64,000 nt of DNA from an uncultured Nitrososphaeraceae archaeon. Its GTDB lineage: Archaea; Thermoproteota; Nitrososphaeria; Nitrososphaerales; Nitrososphaeraceae. How positions within the stretch are numbered: the first letter of the stretch is position 1; each line of letters opens with the position of its first letter. Below the pieces are notes generated by a model. That model saw nothing but the letters and a program-made list of their open reading frames with translations, did not search any database and was not told the DNA's origin. A program made the translations under genes and the position numbers. Below, piece after piece: positions 56,621 to 64,000 of the stretch. The stretch covers positions 96,001 to 160,000 of the forward strand of contig CAVSMN010000012.1 in NCBI GenBank assembly GCA_963729045.1, given 5' to 3'.

Positions 56621-56805
56621 TTTTATAACTTCATTATTAATTTTATTTATCATATTTCACTGATTATCATAACTATATTGTCTTACCTTGATTAAGTTTT
56701 TTGTTTTAAAATATTTCCATTTTTATTGACACCTTTAAATGGTTATAATATAAATATCTTATAGACCTTGAAATTATTCAAAAATACCTTTGCTTTTTTT
56801 TAATT

Positions 56806-57195
56806 TCATAGCATACTGTTATAAAATGATTTTAACTCCTCAATAGTCCTTATTTTCCCTTGTGTGATTTTTATTATCTTATTCCTGTAATAATTGTCTA
56901 TATATCTTTGATTTAGTAAATGGGAAATTTTTCTAGTCATTATTTTACCAGTATCATCCAAATCTAAAAGCAAAATTAGTTTCTTATATCTAACTCTAAA
57001 ATTATCCGCCAAATCGACAATGCTTTTGTAATTGTGATATATCTGAATGTTTCCAGAACAACCCAAATATGACAATGCTTCCAAATCTCTTTTACCTTCT
57101 ACCAAAATCAATGAATCTTTGGTAGATTCGTTATTAATCTGATTTACAAATTCTCTTAATTCTCTAATTTTCTCCAGTCGTTGGACCTTATCCAT
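56806..57195 (-). CDS. Small TOPRIM-domain protein
   Basis: LVEGKRD, LDLDDTG. Confidence 0.85.
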   Translation of the reverse strand: MDKVQRLEKIRELREFVNQINNESTKDSLILVEGKRDLEALSYLGCSGNIQIYHNYKSIVDLADNFRVRYKKLILLLDLDDTGKIMTRKISHLLNQRYIDNYYRNKIIKITQGKIRTIEELKSFYNSML

Positions 57196-57213
57196 TACTT
57201 CATATCTATTTAA

Positions 57214-57516
57214 TTATGAGCCTACTCTCTTCATTTTGGAGCCACATTTTGGACATGAAGACTGATTATGTTTTGTTCCGCAACTCATACAATAATAGCT
57301 AACGGAACTACCATTTCCTCCAAATACAGAGCCCGCCATCCCCATCTTCTTCATGGCTCTATTTCTAATGTAATAACTAAGCAAAATGAAAACTACTATT
57401 ATTACCGGTAAAGATAACGGAAACGGTAGCAAGAACGAGATTGCAAGACTTATTCCTAAGGATATACCAATCCACAATAATTGTTGAGACAAGAATTGTT
57501 TGTTATTATCTATCAC
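57214..57516 (-). CDS. 2-TM membrane protein with C-terminal Zn ribbon
   Basis: Two TM helices; CMSCG...CPKCG. Confidence 0.75.
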   Translation of the reverse strand: MIDNNKQFLSQQLLWIGISLGISLAISFLLPFPLSLPVIIVVFILLSYYIRNRAMKKMGMAGSVFGGNGSSVSYYCMSCGTKHNQSSCPKCGSKMKRVGS

Positions 57517-57584
57517 TATCTCTCAGTGTTATATTTAAGAAACATTATATATAAAATGTTTCCCATGATGACCATAGACCGAGT

Positions 57585-57893
57585 TCAGCTATATTCTGTG
57601 TAATATTTGTATCTCTTCTCTACTTCTTTATTCTTTCCTTCATGAACTTTATTAATTTCAATTTTCAATAGACTCTTGGTATACTCTTTAAATTTAATTC
57701 CCTCTTCTGTATCTGGAAATTTGCTAAGAGAAAAATCAAATTGACTCATGAACTCGATAACCAGATCTCTAAATTCCTCCCTCGAGGGCCTTTTGTTATT
57801 GTTGACCTTTAACCATGAGACAGCTAATTGTGAGGCATATATTTTTGCTATATCTTCAGCTAATCTGTCAACTTCAAAGTAGTCAGCCACCAA
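57585..57893 (-). CDS. Hypothetical protein
   Basis: Likely start TTG/GTG at 57893/57890, because the longer ORF would overlap rpl40e. Confidence 0.65.
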   Translation of the reverse strand: MVADYFEVDRLAEDIAKIYASQLAVSWLKVNNNKRPSREEFRDLVIEFMSQFDFSLSKFPDTEEGIKFKEYTKSLLKIEINKVHEGKNKEVEKRYKYYTEYS

Positions 57894-57987
57894 ATAACCG
57901 CCATCGGATAATTTATAAATTTTATGAGGCGGTTCTAATTTACAAAATAGAAAGATAAAAATGTGAATAGTTTCTAAAAAAATTATT

Positions 57988-58155
57988 ATGCCAATTACCG
58001 ATGTAACAAAAAGAAGTATTGCACAAAAGCGTCGATTATTTTTCAAAATCTGTTTTGATTGCGGAGCAAAAAATCCAATAGGCGGAACTAGATGTAGAAA
58101 GTGTCATGGCAGTCAAATGAGATTAAAGAATAGAACCCTAGGTGCAAAGAAATAA
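57988..58155 (+). CDS. rpl40e: 50S ribosomal protein L40e (not in the ORF track)
   Basis: MPITDVTKRSIAQKRRLFFKICFDCGAKNPIGGTRCRKCHGSQMRLKNRTLGAKK*. Confidence 0.95.
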   Translation: MPITDVTKRSIAQKRRLFFKICFDCGAKNPIGGTRCRKCHGSQMRLKNRTLGAKK

Positions 58156-58253
58156 TCTGGGGTTTGGCATATAGTTATTCCATTTTTCTAAATTTTAAAT
58201 AAGAAAACTTTAATTATCTTTTTTGATTCCTACACTTTGAGATAACAAATAAT

Positions 58254-59979
58254 ATGAAGTACCCAAAGGTTGTTCTTACTGCAGATAGAACATTAATGTC
58301 TCCCTATCGAGGAATTTCACTTGCATCATTTTTTGGATGTGCTCCTGCACTGGATCCAAACCGTAGTCATGATTCTATTTGGTATAAAATATTAGGAAAT
58401 CAAGTAACTCCTAAATTGCTTTTTGATTTTATTTGTAATCCTATTGCTAATTCAAACGGATTGGCCGATTACGCTCCATATGGCTTGAGAAAACTTGAAG
58501 CCGCCTTGTTGAGGGACGGATATGCTAAGGAGGATGTAGTTGTTGCTCATCCCGATCATATTGATAAATTTATTGGTCCACAAACTGAATTCGTAGGTAC
58601 ATATGAAATGGACCCGCTAGGAATGGGCCCTGTTACAATGACATTTACTTATGGGAGGAAACAAATGTCTTACGCTGAATTTTATAATCGTGATCTGCAT
58701 CATCGAATTAATGCGGCCAAACAAAAGAATGGAAGCAGGGCCAAAGTAGTTGTGGGAGCTTCTGGGACTTGGCAGTATAATTATGACCCAGCCAAAATTG
58801 AAGAGTATGGATTGTACGCAATCGTAGAGGGGGATTTGGGGGGCATTGGACCTGAACTAGATGGAGTAGGAGGAAGGTTCTTTGATGCTATGATCAATAA
58901 CGAGTTGGAAACTGCTAATCCATTCAAGAAATCTGAGTTTAAAGTCGAAATCAAAGAATTTGATAGAAACGGGAGGAAATATCATGGTAGATTTGTTCAT
59001 TATTCCAGAGAACCAAAGGTAGATGAAATTCCTGATATAGTCAATCCCAGTATGCACGGGATGATTGAGGTAATGAGGGGATGCGGAAGAGGATGCAAAT
59101 TTTGCGACGTCACACTTCGACCTTTACGCTATTATCCAGTAGAAAAAGTGCAAAAGGAAATCCGTGTCAATATGAAATATGGTGGATTAAAAAATGCCTG
59201 GGTCCATAGCGATGATATCTTTGTTTATGGGCTTAATCCTAGGACAACCAAAAATATGCAGCCAAATCGGGAAGCAATAGAAGAACTTTTCAAGGGGATA
59301 ATGGAGACAGGAATAGAACATACTAATCCTACACACGGAACATTAGCTGGTGCCATTGCAGACGAGAGACTTATCCCTAATCTTTCCCGGATAATCAAAG
59401 GCTGGACCTACTAATCATATTGGTGTACAGTGTGGATTCGAAACAGGGAGCATAAGATTAATTGGAAAATACGCCGACAGAAAGTTAGCCCCTTTTAGAC
59501 CATCTGAATGGCATTGGGTGGTAAAAGAAGGTGTAAAAACATTAAATGAAAATTACTGGGTGCCTGCATTTACCCTGATTATGGGATTGGATAACAATGA
59601 GACAGCCGATGATAGCTGGGAAACCATCCAACTCATCCATCAGTTAGAGAAAGAACAACCTGATTCTAAATTCACCGTAACGCCATTGACTTTTGTTCCG
59701 ATTGGTCTATTAGAAAAGTCCGACTTCTTTGACATAGGAAACACAATGGATCCAGCAAAATTGGGAGTGATGTATAAAACATGGCAACACAACTTCAAAT
59801 ATGCAATTCATAAATTCATGCACAAGGTAGGTCAAAATGACCCTATAAAGAAATTCTTTTTTGCATCACTTGCTAGGACATTAGGTGGTGTACCTTTAAA
59901 TGCTATGGAAAAATATGCGCGCAGAAAGAGTCCCGAACACGAGCAAGTAATTGAAAAAATTAAGGCACAGTATGCATAA
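58254..59979 (+). CDS. Radical SAM protein, B12-binding-domain class; frameshift near 59398
   Basis: APYGLRKLEA, EVMRGCGRGCKFC; continuation GVQCGFETGS and the 59518-59979 ORF lie in another frame. Confidence 0.85.
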
Positions 59980-59985
59980 TGATAT

Positions 59986-60896
59986 CTAACTACTATTCAT
60001 CATTTCTAGTTCGCTTAAGAACAGTTCAATATCTGAATAAATTGGACTAGAGACCGATTTTTCCAATTTTTCCTTCATCAACTTATTAGAGAATATAATG
60101 ATTTGATATTTTTCCTTGGCATCTATATTGATTAGAGCTGAGTGTAGAAATCTTATGGCCGTTTCATTATGTGAAACAACAATAATACTGGTTTTTCCCC
60201 TTGATCTTTTAGATAATTTATTAATATAACGTTGAAAATCAATATCAAAAAAGGGATCAATTAAATTTTCAACATTTCCTATAACGGTAGGATTTAGTCC
60301 CTCTCGCCTAGTCAAAATGTCTATCATGATACAGATAGGTAAAGATTCATCATCGCCAGATACTATTGCAAGTAAGCAGTTACCGAATCTTTCGATCATA
60401 ATTATTATTAGTATAAATAGTGTTTCTCAATAATCTAAATGAGTCAGTAAGATTGGTAAGTAAGTGAATTTTTTCAGTTTTGCCTATTTTTCCTCTGTTA
60501 TACAATTCGAGAATGGTATTCAAAACAGGGAAACTAACATCGGTAAAAATTTTTCTCAAATTGATATTCCGGTTGATCAGACTAAGAATTATATTGTCTG
60601 TTATTTCCTTTTGGCCATTGATTAGGGATTCAATTAACTTTTGCTGTATCTCCAGATAAATTTTCATCTTTTAAATCTAAATTGATTATCCCGGGGTCTA
60701 AAAACCAGAAGTTCACAGAGCCGATTTTTTTCTTGTTCAGGATTTTTTGGAAATATAGAATATCGAGATATTTTGACATTGTAATACGATTAGTTCCTAG
60801 TTTGTTTGAAATTTCACTACTAGACATAGGATTATTATTTTGTAAGAGATTTATTACTCTTTTCTGAATGTCCGATAAATCGTACTTCTTATACAT
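59986..60896 (-). CDS. wHTH regulator fused to a degenerate cobalamin-binding-like domain; two frameshifts
   Basis: N-terminal HTH (SSEISNKLGTNRITMSKYL), cap-like FPVLNTILELYNRGKI, Rossmann-like C-terminus, in three overlapping ORFs. Confidence 0.65.
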
Positions 60897-60958
60897 TGGT
60901 CACAATGTTTTGGCCGGAATCATTTAAAAAGAATTTTTTTTTGATGAGTTTTCGACCT

Positions 60959-61633
60959 TCAAAATTGCGATGCTAATTCATATATCTTTTCGTACCAATT
61001 TTTTGCCTTTATCATGCTACTAGCTGCGAGTATCCCTTTTGAGCCTAACCTAATTGCAATTCTTATGTCTTCAGATGTATTGATTCCAGCTCCGCAAATC
61101 AATTGAGACCGACTTGCAACTAATTTTAAATGTTGGAACGAATCAGTTATTAAAGAAGGTTTTTCTGTAGCAATAGATTTTTTAGTTCCGATCAATTCTG
61201 GGGGCTCTATTGCTAAATAATCAGGACTCATAGAACTAATATCTCTAAGTTCAGATAGGTTTTTGGCGCAAACAATACTTAGTAGGCCTAACGAACGTAA
61301 TCTCGGAATCAAATCTCTAATGATTTCTTGATTTATTGGATGCTCGCTATGGTTTATTAACGAACCAGCTCCTCCTACATCTTTAACAATCTCTGGAATT
61401 GAAAAACCTGTACTTGGACCTGGTTGTTGTATATCTATATGTTGGGCTATTACACTTAATTTTGTATTTTTTGCCAACCATGCTAATAGGACCTGGGGTG
61501 GTGAAAGGATTATTTCAGTATCCGTCTGCTCGCTAACCCTTTCAGCTTCTCTTGCAAGGGACAATGCCTTATCCCCAGAAATCTCTAGATAATTCTTTAA
61601 ATTGATTATAAGTGGTCCCTTTCTTTCTGACAT
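60959..61633 (-). CDS. tpiA: Triosephosphate isomerase (archaeal type)
   Basis: INLKNY, NHSEH, AIEPPELIG, CGAGI. Confidence 0.93.
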   Translation of the reverse strand: MSERKGPLIINLKNYLEISGDKALSLAREAERVSEQTDTEIILSPPQVLLAWLAKNTKLSVIAQHIDIQQPGPSTGFSIPEIVKDVGGAGSLINHSEHPINQEIIRDLIPRLRSLGLLSIVCAKNLSELRDISSMSPDYLAIEPPELIGTKKSIATEKPSLITDSFQHLKLVASRSQLICGAGINTSEDIRIAIRLGSKGILAASSMIKAKNWYEKIYELASQF

Positions 61634-61649
61634 TGCGTTTGTTACCGGT

Positions 61650-62732
61650 TTATTTGAATTTTTCATTCAATTTAGCCATTCTAGCCTCATATCCTTTGTT
61701 ATACTCTAGTTCATCAGGTACAAGTGTTGCTGGATGGATAAATCCTTGAACTCTCAATACCGTTGCGCGCTCAGATGCTATTCTACGCTGATATTCCCAG
61801 TCAGCAGTCCCAAATCCATCATGAGGACCTGTAAGCTTACCGTTATGCATACTAAATAATAAGCACGAAACTATGGGAATGGAGTAATTCAAACTTGCTG
61901 CAGAGTTTAATGTAACAGGCATGAATGGCATGTGGTGACTCCCCCTAGTATTGCCTGCCACTATATGAGGATCATTGAAAGCACTACCTGCTTCTTCTGT
62001 AGCGGGAAAATTCTTTTGGGTTCTTACGATTGCGATAGGATCATCCTTTCCCACATAAGTTCCTGCGATATTATGAAGCCTATCGGTGGAACATGACACA
62101 ATCTGTTCACGCTCATGTGTTAATACAGAATGTACCACATACCTGCCTGGATACATCAAAGCAGCCTCTAGCTCTGGTTTATCGTTCCATAATTTAAGAT
62201 CGGCAATTTTACCTGACATTACATCCATGATTCTGAATATCACACCTTCGGCCAACTCCTCGTTAATAATCAGTCCTGTATTACTTCTTGCGTCGACAAA
62301 CATTCTCCAAAATGGAAAATTATATGCCCCTGGTTCAGTCTTGTCTGCTGCAAATACACAAAATACTTCGCTAGGCCTTTCTTCCATTTCTATTTCGGCT
62401 ACTCCGGGGCCCATCCCTTTTACATTTCCAGAGAATGAGTCTTTAAGTAAATCTTGCCCTGCGCCGTATAATCCCTGTTCTTTAGCAATTTTTGTCCCCT
62501 CAGTAAATGCATCCCAGGCTAGTTTGTGAATTTCTTTATTATCTGTCCCAAGCGTATGGGTCATCACAATGTGGATATCATCGCCAGTGTAGCCTATATA
62601 ATTATCAATCAAAATTCCTTTTCCATTTTTTAGCACAAAATCTTTAACAGTCTGAACCAATTTATCACTAGGTCTGGTATGTCCCCCGATTCCTCCAATG
62701 TCTGCTTTTATTGCTGAAACAGTGATCTTCAT
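61650..62732 (-). CDS. fbp: Fructose-1,6-bisphosphate aldolase/phosphatase
   Basis: MKITVSAIKADIGGIGGH, GLYGAGQDLL, DKTEPGAYN, YVGKDDP. Confidence 0.95.
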   Translation of the reverse strand: MKITVSAIKADIGGIGGHTRPSDKLVQTVKDFVLKNGKGILIDNYIGYTGDDIHIVMTHTLGTDNKEIHKLAWDAFTEGTKIAKEQGLYGAGQDLLKDSFSGNVKGMGPGVAEIEMEERPSEVFCVFAADKTEPGAYNFPFWRMFVDARSNTGLIINEELAEGVIFRIMDVMSGKIADLKLWNDKPELEAALMYPGRYVVHSVLTHEREQIVSCSTDRLHNIAGTYVGKDDPIAIVRTQKNFPATEEAGSAFNDPHIVAGNTRGSHHMPFMPVTLNSAASLNYSIPIVSCLLFSMHNGKLTGPHDGFGTADWEYQRRIASERATVLRVQGFIHPATLVPDELEYNKGYEARMAKLNEKFK

Positions 62733-62965
62733 ACTCAACTTGAATTCTACGAGGTTTAAAAATTTTTGTTTCCCGCAATTTCTGACTAATTTGTCAGTGA
62801 CCGTAAGATTTTGAACTACAAACTCGTTCTCTTTGGTAAAAATTATTGGATCTCCTGATTTGTTACTGTTATTTTTTTCCAATGATCATACTATTCTGTC
62901 ATTAATATCGATATTTGTTGCCAAAAAAAGTAACCAATAAATATCCTTAATATTACTTTACTGTC

Positions 62966-63223
62966 ATGCGTGACGCAAATTTAATAAAGATAATGATCGA
63001 AGAAAGAGCTTTGGTGAAATTGATAAAGACTATAGGAGAAAAGGAGTATTCAACAAGAGACTTATTGAAGAAATTGGGCGCTTATGGGTATGGTCATAAA
63101 TTACTCATAAAAGCTGAGGATAAAGGATTGGTTGAACGAAGTAACGTAAAAAACAAAACTTACAATAAATTAACTAAAGAAGGAAAGAAAATTATAAGAT
63201 TAGCAAAGGAGATAGGAGTATAG
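62966..63223 (+). CDS. Small basic winged-helix protein
   Basis: KGLVER...YNKLTKEG wing motif. Confidence 0.7.
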   Translation: MRDANLIKIMIEERALVKLIKTIGEKEYSTRDLLKKLGAYGYGHKLLIKAEDKGLVERSNVKNKTYNKLTKEGKKIIRLAKEIGV

Positions 63224-63323
63224 CTTTAGATTAAGGGATTGACAAATCTTTTATTCTAAACATTTTTATCTTTTTCTGTTTCACAAAGATTAAATTATTA
63301 ATTATGCTACGAACCCCTGTTTA

Positions 63324-64000
63324 ATGAGCAAAGTAATTCTGGCTTTTTCTGGTGGCTTAGATACATCTGTTTGTGTAAAATATTTACAGAATCTTCATAA
63401 ACTTGACGTTATAACACTTACAGTTGATGTAGGTCAAAATGATGATTTTGACGAGATTAGGAGAATTTCGTCAGAACTAGGCGCTATTGAACATATTTAT
63501 ATTGACTCAAAACAAGAATTCGTTCATAACTATGTTACTCCAGCAATAAAAGCAAACGCCCTATACCAACAAAAATATCCACTTGCTACAGCGTTAGCTC
63601 GACCGCTAATTGCTAGTAAAGCTGTTGATACGGCTAAAAAATATAATGCTAAGTATATTTCCCATGGATGCACAGGCAAGGGTAACGATCAAGTTAGATT
63701 CGATCTTACCATTAGATCTTTGGATCCTAGTTTGAATATAATTGCTCCAATTAGAGATATGAACCTTACAAGGGATAAGGAATTAAGATATGCCAGTGAG
63801 ACTGGAATTAAAATTAGCGAAATAGCTAAGAAATATAGTATTGATGAAAACCTGTGGGGTCGAGCTATTGAGGGTGGCCTGCTAGAAAATCTGGAGAACG
63901 AACCTTCAAGTGATTCCCTAAAGTACGTTCATCAGGACAATACCTCTACTGAATATATAACGATCGGATTCGAAAAAGGAATACCTATTTCCCTAAACGA
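63324..64000 (+). CDS. argG: Argininosuccinate synthase, 5' part (runs off the window)
   Basis: MSKVILAFSGGLDTS, YPLATALARP, HGCTGKGNDQVRF, YSIDENLWG. Confidence 0.95.
   Translation, partial: MSKVILAFSGGLDTSVCVKYLQNLHKLDVITLTVDVGQNDDFDEIRRISSELGAIEHIYIDSKQEFVHNYVTPAIKANALYQQKYPLATALARPLIASKAVDTAKKYNAKYISHGCTGKGNDQVRFDLTIRSLDPSLNIIAPIRDMNLTRDKELRYASETGIKISEIAKKYSIDENLWGRAIEGGLLENLENEPSSDSLKYVHQDNTSTEYITIGFEKGIPISLN

Noticed and set aside
57894..58046. N-terminal part of the 153-aa minus ORF
   Set aside because: Antisense to rpl40e and its promoter.

Overview
AT-rich archaeal chromosome segment whose gene content (nuoH-I-J-K-M-L-N order, TFB paralog, large Nitrososphaera-type histidine kinases, F420-dependent LLM enzyme, intron-containing tRNA-Tyr, rpl40e, FBP aldolase/phosphatase) points to a soil ammonia-oxidising archaeon of the Nitrososphaeraceae, probably Nitrosocosmicus-like (inferred by recognition, not by a search). 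Layout: (1) 1-7.8 kb, 3' part of the complex I operon plus a family-4 UDG. (2) ~7.9-45.5 kb, a low-density accessory region: a TFB paralog, stress-type genes (ferritin-like, LEA-like, PRC-barrel-like, DUF6766-like, Rieske/FAD oxidoreductase, formaldehyde-dehydrogenase-type ADH), two sensor kinases, a receiver, NadE, a decayed IS transposase and many small secreted or membrane proteins. (3) 45.9-64 kb, mostly core genes. At least 13 genes, including essential ones, are split by single-base indels, which most likely reflects uncorrected long-read errors rather than pseudogenisation. Best candidate for an undescribed system: an overlapping trio of an anticodon-domain-less CysRS paralog with altered Zn ligands, a GNAT acetyltransferase and a divergent HemB (48.6-51.6 kb). 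Second: a possible TFB-paralog-driven stress regulon with atypical BRE sequences. All calls come from motif recognition by eye.
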